Shown: positions 25,674 through 34,803 of the stretch, one piece after another
Position numbering within the stretch: the first letter of the stretch is position 1
Layout: every line of letters starts with the position of its first letter
Source of the DNA: Kiritimatiellales bacterium
Lineage (GTDB): Bacteria > Verrucomicrobiota > Kiritimatiellia > Kiritimatiellales > Pontiellaceae
Length of the DNA: 38,501 nucleotides
Direction: 5' to 3'
NCBI GenBank assembly: GCA_030630445.1
Contig: DAOVNC010000001.1
Coordinates: forward strand, 1-38,501
Translations under genes and position numbers: made by a program
Notes under the pieces: generated by a model
Database searches by the model: none
Told to the model about the DNA's origin: nothing
The model's input: only the letters and a program-made list of their open reading frames with translations

Positions 25674-27149
25674 ATGCAAATAAAAATGTTTATCTACGCC
25701 GCTGCGGCGCTCGTTTTCTTTGGATCGGTTCCGGGGTTTGCAAAAGCGGAAGAACCCCGCAAGCCCAACATTGTCTTTATCCTGGCCGACGACCTCGGCT
25801 ATGCGGAGACCGGTTGCTACGGGCAGGAAAAAATAAAGACCCCGCACATTGACCAACTAGCCACCGAAGGGATGAAGTTTACCCAGCACTACACCGGGGC
25901 TCCCGTCTGCGCACCGGCGCGCTGCGTACTCATGACCGGCAAGCATCTGGGCCACGCGGAGATCCGCGGCAACCGCGACTCCGGCAACGGCCAGAAATTT
26001 CCCGGCCAGTGGCCCATCACCGACGAGGCCATCACGATTGCCGAAATGATGAAAAAGGCCGGCTACACCACCGGTGCCTTCGGTAAGTGGGGGCTCGGTC
26101 CCACCGAGTCCACCGGCGCTCCGAACAAGCAGGGCTTCGATCGCTACTACGGCTACATTTGCCAGCGCAACGCCCACAGCTACTATCCGCCCTATCTCGA
26201 CAGCGACGATCAGGAGATAACCATCAACGACAATCCGATCCCCGGACACATGAAAAAGATGGAAGGCGAAATCAAGGCCGATGACTACCGCGATGAAAAC
26301 TATGCCCCGGATCTTATTCTTGACGAGGTGCTTAAATTTATCGACGCCAGCAAGGACAAGCCCTTCTTCCTTTATCTCCCCTTTGTCGAGCCCCACGTCG
26401 CCATGCAGCCGCCGCAGGAGTGGCTCGACCAATATCCAAAGGAATGGGACACCGAACCCTACCGCGGCAACCGGGGCTACCTCCCGCATCCACGGCCCAA
26501 CGCAGGCTATGCCGCCATGATTTCCGATCTCGACGAGCACGTCGGTACGGTCATGGCCCGGCTGAAAAAACTGGGTCTGGATAAAAACACCATCGTCATC
26601 TTTACCTCCGACAACGGCGCCACCCACAACGTCGGCGGTGTGACCACCGAGTTCTTCGACTCCATGGGTGGCCTGCGCGGCAAGAAAGGCAGCTGCTACG
26701 AAGGGGGCCTGCGCATGCCCTGCATTGTTCGCTGGCCGGGCCAAACCGAAGCAGGCAGCACCACCGACGCCCCCAGCTATTTCCCCGACTGGTTCCCGAC
26801 CCTCTGCCAGGTTGCCGGCGTGAAACTACCCAAGGAACAACTCGACGGCGTCAGCCTCGTCAATGTGCTTAAAGGCGGCAACCTCCCCAAGCGCCACGAA
26901 CTGATGACTTGGGAATTCAATGGCTACGGCGGCATCATCGCCATCCGCGACGGAAAATGGAAAGCCCTGCGCCGGGGACTGAAAAGCAAAAAGCTCCAAG
27001 ACTGGGAACTCTACAACATTGAAACCGACCGCGAAGAGCAACACGACATTGCCAGCCAGCATCCGGAAATTGTCCAGCGCCTCGAAAAGGCCTGGCTGGC
27101 AAGCCGTACGGTAGAGCCGGATTTCCCGGTGCCTCTCGTTGATAAATAA
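25674..27149 (+). CDS. Secreted or periplasmic formylglycine-dependent S1 sulfatase (S1_20-like)
   Basis: Signal peptide, PNIVFILADDLG, C-A-P-A-R..LMTG, GKWG.G, FTSDNG, KGS.YEGG.R.P and ELYN...D..E motifs. Subfamily is by recollection only. Confidence 0.93.
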   Translation: MQIKMFIYAAAALVFFGSVPGFAKAEEPRKPNIVFILADDLGYAETGCYGQEKIKTPHIDQLATEGMKFTQHYTGAPVCAPARCVLMTGKHLGHAEIRGNRDSGNGQKFPGQWPITDEAITIAEMMKKAGYTTGAFGKWGLGPTESTGAPNKQGFDRYYGYICQRNAHSYYPPYLDSDDQEITINDNPIPGHMKKMEGEIKADDYRDENYAPDLILDEVLKFIDASKDKPFFLYLPFVEPHVAMQPPQEWLDQYPKEWDTEPYRGNRGYLPHPRPNAGYAAMISDLDEHVGTVMARLKKLGLDKNTIVIFTSDNGATHNVGGVTTEFFDSMGGLRGKKGSCYEGGLRMPCIVRWPGQTEAGSTTDAPSYFPDWFPTLCQVAGVKLPKEQLDGVSLVNVLKGGNLPKRHELMTWEFNGYGGIIAIRDGKWKALRRGLKSKKLQDWELYNIETDREEQHDIASQHPEIVQRLEKAWLASRTVEPDFPVPLVDK

Positions 27150-27252
27150 TCGGATACCGCTACAGCATAAAGGTTTTGTAGTGGCGGTTCTTATTGCTCC
27201 GGCCCTAAAAGGTTGCGATTCGAAGATCGTATGGGAAGGAAGCAAGGCGAGT

Positions 27253-27373
27253 GGTGTAGAGAACGCTCACCCCGCAGGGAGAGCGTTGCCCTGCCGCCGA
27301 AGCACCGCCTCCCTCCGGGTAGTCGGTCTCTACACTTCGTGGATAATTCTCAATATTTTTCTGCCGGATCTAT
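27253..27373 (+). repeat. GTAG-type REPIN subfamily A copy 1, with conserved 3' extension
   Basis: ggtgtagagaacgc..gcgttgccctgccg..agcaccgcctccctccgggtag.cggtctctaca, then attctcaat.ttt.tc.gccggatctat; near-identical direct copy at 37999-38121. Confidence 0.85.
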
Positions 27374-27502
27374 AGAACCGCTTTCGGAGGAGTAGCCCGG
27401 CGATGAGAGTGCTTTTATTTCTCCGGCACGAATAGATTGCGGCGTGCAGTACGCTTTGATCGTTGCAAATAAGACCACCCACAAAGACTTTTGGAATTTA
27501 TC

Positions 27503-27593
27503 TGGAGGGGCGCAGGCCGCTGCGCCTCCCGCACGAACGGAACCCCGCATCACAGACTGCCCCACCGAAGGCAGAGAGGCCTCTGCCCCTCCA
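27503..27593. repeat. GGAG-type REP doublet (REPIN-like)
   Basis: tggaggggcgcaggccgctgcgcc ... ggcagagaggcctctgcccctcca. Confidence 0.7.
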
Positions 27594-27650
27594 TTGCTTG
27601 TTTAGCCCTCTCCGCTTATTTCTGATGGAAGGTTTTTGCTGATAGTATAA

Positions 27651-27751
27651 AAAGGTGTAGAGAACGTTTACGCGAGCGAAGCGAGTGCAACGTTGCTTGC
27701 GGGACTTGGCCACCGAAGCTCCGCTTCCTTTCAGGTAGGCGGTCTCTACAC
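27651..27751 (+). repeat. GTAG-type REPIN subfamily B copy 1
   Basis: aaaggtgtagagaacgtttacgcgagc..agcgagtg.aacgttg...ccgcttcctttcaggta.gcggtctctacac; inverted copy at 30297-30397. Confidence 0.85.
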
Positions 27752-27889
27752 GTTGAGTCCTCCGCATTCCTTGCGGCCAATACCCGATATTTATCCGACG
27801 GATCTATACGAAACACCGCTACATCGGGAAAGGAGGGGTTGCGGAGGCTGAAACCCCCGCTTTTCTGTCGAGTGCCTCCTATTCATTTA

Positions 27890-27953
27890 TGCGCAAAACC
27901 ACAAAAAATCCGCGCAAGATCGCAAAGACAAGATGGGTTTATCCGTGTAGATT
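27890..27953 (+). promoter_or_regulatory. 41-bp operator/promoter motif copy 3, upstream of the secreted-protein genes
   Basis: tgcgcaaaaccacaaaaaatccgcgcaagatcgcaaagaca, then N17, then TAGATT. Confidence 0.7.
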
Positions 27954-28036
27954 GATCATTCAAGTAGGGAAAGCTGGAGGCGGGCAACTCGACCCGCACC
28001 GGAAATATAACCATAAGGAATAAGAGGGAGAAAAAG

Positions 28037-30109
28037 ATGAAAAAGATAACAGGACTGATTGCACTATTTTCGATGGCGATGACCCTTGGGGCATCGGCAG
28101 TAGTCGTGGTGGAGGAAACCTTCACCTATCCCGCCGGCGATGTGGCGGGCAATAACGGCGGTACCGGTTGGGCGGAGGCATGGCAGGTCGGGAATTCCCA
28201 CACGGACACGAACCATTTCGAGGTGGTTGCCGAGGAGGCCATCTACAAGGGTGGCGATGTCGGAACGTATACCGCGCAGAACCGCAGTTTTGTTTCCGCA
28301 ATCACCACCGGTGTCGGCGATACCACAACCGTGGTATTCGACCTCATCCGTCCCGAAGGGTTCTCAGGACGAGGGATCGGCATCTATCTGACCGATGGTG
28401 GAGCCACCCAATTCTTTATCGGAAAAAAGATCAACGGTGGTGTCGGTCTCCATGCAGGCATGGGCGGCACCTCTTATGCGACATTCGATACATCCGGCAC
28501 CCCAGAAACCATCACGGTGGTCATCACCTACGATGGTGCCCAAACTTCGATGGTGCTCTCGGACTCGGACGAAACGCTTTCGGCCTACACCTTCGCCGGG
28601 CAGCTTACGATCGATGGCATTTCGCTGGCCGCATACAACGGCGCCACACTGGCCAACGGCATCGACAATATTTCGGTGGATGCCGAGGAAGCAACCTCTA
28701 TCGCAGGAGCCGTGGTTTGGACCGACGCCGGCGTTGGCTCCGACACCGGCACTGCGGAAAACTGGCTGAGCACGGCAACTGGACTTCCCCCGACCGAGAC
28801 CCCGTCGGGAGGGCTCGCACTCTTGTATGACGGTGGAGTGGTGATTACCAACGCCGCAGCCTGCAACGGCAACCTCGACGTCGGCGTGAACGCGTTGGTG
28901 ATCGATGGGGTGACCGCAGCGATGCAAACCGGCGATCTGGCGGGAAGCGCGGTCAGCATCACGGAAGCAACCTTGGAGAAAGGGGTTGCCAGCAGTGCGG
29001 CGATCATTCTCAACACCAACGCGCTGCTCCAACTCTCGGAGACGCTCAATCCCCTGGATGGCGCAACGGTGGATCTCAATTCGCTGGCCGCTTCGCTGGA
29101 GCTCTTGAACGTGGATGATGTGGATTTCATGGCCGACCATGTCGGCAAGGTGACCGCATTCGGCGAGGCGCTTCAGCTCGGTGCGGATCCATTGGTCCAG
29201 GAGCCGGGCGACACCGCACTGGTAACGGCAATCAACGGAGGTCTGGGCGTCGAGGTCACAGCGGTTGTCGTGGAGACAAATGTTCTTGGGGCGCTGGAGT
29301 GGACCAATGCCGGGGAATGGAACGGCACAGATGATCCAACCAACTGGCTGAGCACGGCAACCGGAACCTATCCGACAGAAGTGCCAACGGGGGCTAGCGG
29401 AGGACTTCAACTGTACTATGCCGATGGCGTAATCGTTGCCAATTTTGGTATCTGCAACGGCGACCTTTATGTTGGTGACAATGCCTTGGTGATCACCAAC
29501 ATGACTACCCAGATGGTAAACGGCAACATGAACGGTTCGGCCACCATCGATATTTGGAATAGTGTTCCTGTATCGAAAACCTTTATTAGCGGTAGTGCGG
29601 CAGTGACGCTCCATGATGGAGGGATTGTGAAACTTCTCGGCGGCGGAAACCCGATCAGTGGTGTTACGATCGACCTTGTCTCGCTAAGCGCTTCGTTGCA
29701 GTTAAATGCCGAAACCTTTGAGGCCTTCACCAATGAGCATATCAACAAGGTGACCTCGTTCGGCGTGCCGTTGGATTTTGGTTCGGATCCCTATGTTGTG
29801 GAAGAGGGAGATACCGCCCTTGCCGCGGACTTCAACGCACCCAATGGCGTTGAAATCACGGCGATTGCCGGTGGACCGCCCACCGATCCGATTAACGACA
29901 TTGTGATCGCAGGCCCCTTGGCGGGTGGCGAAATGACCATCTCGTGGGATACGGTTCTCAACCAGACCTACAATGTGGAAACCAATGAAAATCTGATTAT
30001 CCCGAGCTGGGGCATCTATGGCACCGCTGTTACCGGGGACGGTGGAGGAATCACCGTAACCACGACGGTCAGCGAGGCCCAGCTGTTCTACAAGGTAACC
30101 ACCCCGTAG
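28037..30109 (+). CDS. Secreted modular protein: N-terminal beta-sandwich-like domain, two ~190-aa internal repeats, C-terminal FYKV module
   Basis: Signal peptide; duplicated 'WT.AG.......NWLSTATG..PTE.P...CNG.L.VG.NALVI...H..KVT.FG..L..G.DP.V.E.GDTAL'; very acidic and Gly/Thr-rich. Confidence 0.85.
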   Translation: MKKITGLIALFSMAMTLGASAVVVVEETFTYPAGDVAGNNGGTGWAEAWQVGNSHTDTNHFEVVAEEAIYKGGDVGTYTAQNRSFVSAITTGVGDTTTVVFDLIRPEGFSGRGIGIYLTDGGATQFFIGKKINGGVGLHAGMGGTSYATFDTSGTPETITVVITYDGAQTSMVLSDSDETLSAYTFAGQLTIDGISLAAYNGATLANGIDNISVDAEEATSIAGAVVWTDAGVGSDTGTAENWLSTATGLPPTETPSGGLALLYDGGVVITNAAACNGNLDVGVNALVIDGVTAAMQTGDLAGSAVSITEATLEKGVASSAAIILNTNALLQLSETLNPLDGATVDLNSLAASLELLNVDDVDFMADHVGKVTAFGEALQLGADPLVQEPGDTALVTAINGGLGVEVTAVVVETNVLGALEWTNAGEWNGTDDPTNWLSTATGTYPTEVPTGASGGLQLYYADGVIVANFGICNGDLYVGDNALVITNMTTQMVNGNMNGSATIDIWNSVPVSKTFISGSAAVTLHDGGIVKLLGGGNPISGVTIDLVSLSASLQLNAETFEAFTNEHINKVTSFGVPLDFGSDPYVVEEGDTALAADFNAPNGVEITAIAGGPPTDPINDIVIAGPLAGGEMTISWDTVLNQTYNVETNENLIIPSWGIYGTAVTGDGGGITVTTTVSEAQLFYKVTTP

Positions 30110-30127
30110 TCAGGACGGTATTCGTGC

Positions 30128-30175
30128 ACGGACGCAATCGCGGAGGAAAATCCGGCGGTTGCGTCCGTCTGTTTT
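30128..30175 (+). terminator. Intrinsic terminator
   Basis: acggacgcaa..ttgcgtccgt hairpin followed by ctgtttt. Confidence 0.6.
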
Positions 30176-30296
30176 GAAAGGAAAGAACCCCTCCTTTCAA
30201 CGTTTGTTCTTGTTGCAGGTCGAACAGGCTGCGGAAACCCCTGATCGGAATTGAACCAAAGAGGATTGTACTACCAATTACAAAAGTTGGGTCGTG

Positions 30297-30397
30297 GTGT
30301 AGAGACCGCTTACCTGAAAGGAAGCGGTGTTTCGGAGGATCGGTTCCGTCGTCAACGTTTCACTCGCTATGCTCGCGTAAACGTTCTCTACACCTTT
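30297..30397 (-). repeat. GTAG-type REPIN subfamily B copy 2 (inverted)
   Basis: Reverse complement aligns without gaps to 27651-27751, with a divergent centre. Confidence 0.85.
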
Positions 30398-30445
30398 TCC
30401 TGAAACGGAATGGTTTGCCGGGTCAAAGTTTATTAGGAGAACAAC

Positions 30446-33400
30446 ATGTTGAAAAAACCATTTTTTGCTGTCGGTCTAAAATGCGGTCTGATATTCGCCG
30501 GTTTAACGCTGCTTGCTTCTGTGCCTGTGCATGGCGAGGATTTTTCGGTGGTGAAGGGGCACACCGACAATATCGGGAGCTACTCGTATGACTCCGGTGC
30601 CGGTACGTTGCAACTGACGGATACCGATGCCCGCTGGGTGTGGTATCTAAGCTTTAATCAACCCGGCACCTATACAGTTTTCGCCCGGGTGGCGGTGGCC
30701 TCCGCCAATGCCGGTGCCACCTTGCGCATCGGCGACTGGATTTCGCAGCACGGCGGCCCGGCTTCATATGCCGAGGCGGCACTGGCGACGGCCACGGAAC
30801 CGCAGTGGCAGGTGATCGGCCAAATCAATATTCCGCAAACCGGGCTCCGGCGCATCTTTGCGCGCATCCCGGTAATGAGCGGGAGCGGCGACCCGGGATT
30901 GCTCCATGCGATTCGCCTCGAAGGCCCGGGAGCGGTCTCGGAATATCCCTATTCGACCATTCGTGCATCGGCCTGCGACATTGTTTTTTCCCCGAGCGGG
31001 TCGAAAAGGGGTGCGTTTTATGCCGAGATGGTTTCCCGTCCGCTCCCCATTCCGAAGATTGGCGGAACCCACACCGTGATCAATACACCCGGCGGCTACA
31101 TGGGTAACAACGATGGCTGTTTTCAGTCGCTTTGGGATCAGGCCGGAGGAAGGCCGGCCCCCTTGGTGGCGTTCGGGGGATCGCGGGTCTTTACCCACGA
31201 AGGAAGTGGATCCTCGATTAGATTGGAAGACTTTGATCTGGATTCAACGCGCCGCCGCAAGAGCATCAACATCTCCGTGCCGGACGGCAACGGCAATACG
31301 ATCACCACCTTCTTGACCGGCGAGGTCGGGCAGCGTTGGCACCTTGGCGGGCGCACGCGGCAATATGCCGTAAAATACGCAGGAAACACCGGGTTTCTTG
31401 AAAACTTCGGAACTTTCAATGCCCATATCCATCGTCGCTCGTGCGCCTGGGGCAATGTCTGGTCGTATGGCGACTCGGACGGCAACGGTAGTTATGAATG
31501 GTGGGGCAATGAAACCATCAAGGGACATCTGCGTGGTCCCAGTCCCGCCACGGAGCCGACCGAAACAAGCGTCTCCCCCTATGGCGTGGTTCGCCCACGC
31601 CAGGACATGCTGGAAATGATTCATGGCGGCATGATTCCCATCGTCCAGAACGATACCTGGTACTACAACGCCCCGACGACAACGCCCGACTTGCCGACCC
31701 TGAACCTAGCCTACAACCTGCAAGCGGAGGAAACCGTCAATCCAGCACTCGACGCGCAAGTTGGCACGGGCTATTCCGGCGATTTGACGACGCTCATCCA
31801 CGATCCGCATTCAACGCTGGATTTTGAGTTTTCCAAGGTTTCCGGGCCCGGCTGGCTTTCGGTGGGTTCGAACGGCAGCTTGGGCGGAACACCGGGCGGC
31901 GGCGATGCGGGTCTAAACCTAGCCATCGTGCAGGCAACGGATCCCAATGCGGGTCTGACCGGCGAATTTACCGTCGGGGTCTATGTCGCGGACACAGGCA
32001 ACAACGCCCCGGCGTTTCTGGATCACCCGTCGCATCTGCAGACGGTTCCAACACTGGACGACGCCGATTTGCTGGACCTCTCCTTGGTCGATCCCGATGC
32101 AGGCGACTCGCATACGCTCTCCATCATCGCAGGCAATGGCGCAGGATTTTTTGGCATCAACGGCAACCAGCTGGTCAAGGTTGGGGCTCCGGTCGCCGGC
32201 CAGACCTATTCGTTGACCCTCCAGGTTGAGGACGACGGGGCGGGAACGCTGGCAGACACGCTGGATGTGGATGTGCAAGTCGTTGCAGGCGACGGCAGGG
32301 GAGGTGCGACGGAGGAAGCCTGGTACATCGTGGCTGGATATACCCTGGCCGACCTGACCGGCGACCCGCGCTATCCGGACAACCCCGACCGCATCGATGC
32401 CGTGCGCGATTTCCAGATTAACGTACTGGGGAAAATGACCGGTCATCGGGTGCGGGGCTATCTCTATCCGCCCGCGAACGGCACCTATCAATTCTACGGC
32501 ACCTACGACAGCGCCGTGGGTGAATTCCGCCTGAGCACGGATGATACGGCGGGCAACCTGGTGCTGCGCGGCAACGGCGCATCGGTTTCGCTGGTGGCCG
32601 CTCAACGCTACTACTTCGAGATGGTCTGCAAGAATACCAGTGATTACAATGCCGGCTCGCAGACCCTGGAATGGGCCGGTCCGGGGATGGCGCAGCAAAT
32701 TATTGAAGGGCAATACCTGAGCGCCGTTGAATATGCGACGCCCGCTTTTGCGGCCGGGACCGTTGCGTTGCGCGATGTGCTCGTGGACGAAGCCTACGAG
32801 GAAACCCTGCGTCCCAAACTGGCGACGCTGTATTTGTGGGATGTCCTGTCCTATCAAAAAATGAGCGGCCCTATATGGGTTTCGGTTTCGGCGGATGGCG
32901 TGCTGACAGGAACCCCGGAGAGCGGGGACACGGGCTTGAACTCCGTCGTGATTCGCGCCACCGCGCCGGGCGGACATTATGACGAAGCGACCTTTACCAT
33001 CGAGGTGCAGCCCAATAGCGTTCCGCAATTCACAAGCAACCCGATCATTCTGGCCAACTTGGATGAATACAGCGAAATCGAAGGTTCGCTCGGTTCGTAT
33101 GCCACGGATGCGAATGTCGGCTCCCGTTTAGGCTTTGGTGATGCGTTGTCGCTCTCGATCGTTGCGGGTCCCGATTGGTTGAACATTGAACCGACCGGCG
33201 AGCTGTACGGTTCGCCGGGAGGCAACAACCTGGGCCTGAATGTATTCACTGTGCGGGTGACGGATCTGGGGGGCCTGACGGCGGAAACCCAGCTCTCGCT
33301 TACGGTGAACGATGTATCCTTCCCCCCGGAGTTCTTGGGCTCCATTGACCGCTCCACATACGACAACCGGTGGGTTGAAGGCTCTTTGGCCGACCTGGCC

Positions 33401-34648
33401 TATGACCTCGATGGGGATGAACTGACCTTCTCCAAGGTTTCCGGCCCCGGTTGGTTGACGGTCGATCCGGACGGCTATTATTCCGGACAAACCGCGCCGA
33501 CCAATCCGTTAACCACGGAATTCATCGTTCAGGTTTCCGCCGTCGATGGCTTCGACCAAACCACCTTGAGTTTCCACGTCTTGCCCGATCAGCGAATCGT
33601 CTATGAAGGATTCGACGGAACCGCCGGTGCCGATATTGACGGCACCTCCGGCGGAACGGGCTGGATCGCTTCGTGGAGCGGCAATTCCGATTGGGACTTT
33701 GGCTCTGCGGGACTGGCTTTTCCGGGGATGGATGATGTGACCGGCCTGAAGTCCACCATGGGGGGGCAGGGGTCAGATATTACACGTTCCTTCCTGGCCC
33801 CGGTCACGGTGGGTTCCGGCACCGATGAGACCGAGGAAATCTGGATCGTCGCACTAATGGATCTGTATGCGACCGGAGGAATCGCCCCTGGGCACAGCAT
33901 GCAGGTCAAATTGTTGAATACCAGTACAATCGGATATTTCGGCAAGGGGGTCAACAAATCGATCGGATTTGACCTTGGCGGCTGGCACGAGGTTTCCGGC
34001 GGGCTGGGGATCGGAAACGGAACGGCCGGAAAGTGGTTCATGGCCATGCACCTGAAGACCGATGGATCCAATACCGAGATCACGCTCCACGCAGCGAAGG
34101 AGGGACAAGCCTTCGATATCTCGGATCCCGCCACCTTTGCGCACACGGCCAGCGTTAGCTATCCGGGGAAGGTGACGCTCGACGGCCTCGGCATGTACCG
34201 CTGGAACAATACCGAGTCGTTTATCGACGAGCTCTGCGTCAGCCGATGGTATAGAGCCGCGTATTCCATCATCGACCGCGACAAGGATGGCATGCCCGAT
34301 TGGTGGGAGGAAAAATATTTCCCCGAAGGCACGGATGCCTTGCCCGGCGGGAATGCGGACGAGGACATCCACAATAATCTGGAGGAATTCACCAGCGGCA
34401 TGGATCCAACCAACGCGGCCTCGTATTTCCATCTCCTGAATGCCGCGATGCAGGCGGATGACAGCGGGTTCGAGGTTGAGTGGACTGCGGCCGATGGTCG
34501 GGTCTACACCGTGAGCTGGGCACCCACCCTGACCAATGCCTTCCAAGCGCTGGAAAGAAACATAGAGCTTCCTGTCAACAGCTATACCGACACGGTCCAC
34601 CACGTGGAATCACAGGGCTTCTATAAAGTCGATGTGCACGTGAAATAG
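30446..34648 (+). CDS. Large secreted multidomain protein: DUF5077/DUF3472-like N-terminus, putative Ig (He_PIG/cadherin-like) repeats, PA14 domain, beta-sandwich domain, DxDxDG repeat, C-terminal FYKV module
   Basis: Signal peptide; FYAE/GYMG/SLWD/F.HEGSG/FLENF/WGNVW motifs; four 'K.SGP.W..V...G...G.P....G.N' repeats; PA14-like 'RGYLYPP.NG.YQFY...LS.D...L.A..RYY.E...L.W.GPG'; DRDKDGMPDWWE. Confidence 0.85.
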   Translation: MLKKPFFAVGLKCGLIFAGLTLLASVPVHGEDFSVVKGHTDNIGSYSYDSGAGTLQLTDTDARWVWYLSFNQPGTYTVFARVAVASANAGATLRIGDWISQHGGPASYAEAALATATEPQWQVIGQINIPQTGLRRIFARIPVMSGSGDPGLLHAIRLEGPGAVSEYPYSTIRASACDIVFSPSGSKRGAFYAEMVSRPLPIPKIGGTHTVINTPGGYMGNNDGCFQSLWDQAGGRPAPLVAFGGSRVFTHEGSGSSIRLEDFDLDSTRRRKSINISVPDGNGNTITTFLTGEVGQRWHLGGRTRQYAVKYAGNTGFLENFGTFNAHIHRRSCAWGNVWSYGDSDGNGSYEWWGNETIKGHLRGPSPATEPTETSVSPYGVVRPRQDMLEMIHGGMIPIVQNDTWYYNAPTTTPDLPTLNLAYNLQAEETVNPALDAQVGTGYSGDLTTLIHDPHSTLDFEFSKVSGPGWLSVGSNGSLGGTPGGGDAGLNLAIVQATDPNAGLTGEFTVGVYVADTGNNAPAFLDHPSHLQTVPTLDDADLLDLSLVDPDAGDSHTLSIIAGNGAGFFGINGNQLVKVGAPVAGQTYSLTLQVEDDGAGTLADTLDVDVQVVAGDGRGGATEEAWYIVAGYTLADLTGDPRYPDNPDRIDAVRDFQINVLGKMTGHRVRGYLYPPANGTYQFYGTYDSAVGEFRLSTDDTAGNLVLRGNGASVSLVAAQRYYFEMVCKNTSDYNAGSQTLEWAGPGMAQQIIEGQYLSAVEYATPAFAAGTVALRDVLVDEAYEETLRPKLATLYLWDVLSYQKMSGPIWVSVSADGVLTGTPESGDTGLNSVVIRATAPGGHYDEATFTIEVQPNSVPQFTSNPIILANLDEYSEIEGSLGSYATDANVGSRLGFGDALSLSIVAGPDWLNIEPTGELYGSPGGNNLGLNVFTVRVTDLGGLTAETQLSLTVNDVSFPPEFLGSIDRSTYDNRWVEGSLADLAYDLDGDELTFSKVSGPGWLTVDPDGYYSGQTAPTNPLTTEFIVQVSAVDGFDQTTLSFHVLPDQRIVYEGFDGTAGADIDGTSGGTGWIASWSGNSDWDFGSAGLAFPGMDDVTGLKSTMGGQGSDITRSFLAPVTVGSGTDETEEIWIVALMDLYATGGIAPGHSMQVKLLNTSTIGYFGKGVNKSIGFDLGGWHEVSGGLGIGNGTAGKWFMAMHLKTDGSNTEITLHAAKEGQAFDISDPATFAHTASVSYPGKVTLDGLGMYRWNNTESFIDELCVSRWYRAAYSIIDRDKDGMPDWWEEKYFPEGTDALPGGNADEDIHNNLEEFTSGMDPTNAASYFHLLNAAMQADDSGFEVEWTAADGRVYTVSWAPTLTNAFQALERNIELPVNSYTDTVHHVESQGFYKVDVHVK

Positions 34649-34669
34649 CGCGGTTGAAAGGGAAAGGAC

Positions 34670-34748
34670 TGTAGCCGCGATCCGAGATCGCGGATTCAGT
34701 GGATCGGGACTTTTCTGCCGAATGGCGAGGTCTCGGACCTCACCTACA
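34670..34748. repeat. GTAG-type REP doublet (third sequence class)
   Basis: tgtagccgcgatccgagatcgcgg ... ggcgaggtctcggacctcacctaca. Confidence 0.75.
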
Positions 34749-34803
34749 AGAAAAAGATTGGCCACAAGATGCCGCGATTGACTGCACCATAAGGAGAATT
34801 CCC

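Noticed and set aside
34699-34803. Extended N-termini in the ORF track (34699, 12857, 20629, 11894, 5993, 38091)
   Set aside because: The extensions run through REPs, repeats or neighbouring genes; downstream starts have RBS, coupling or signal peptides.
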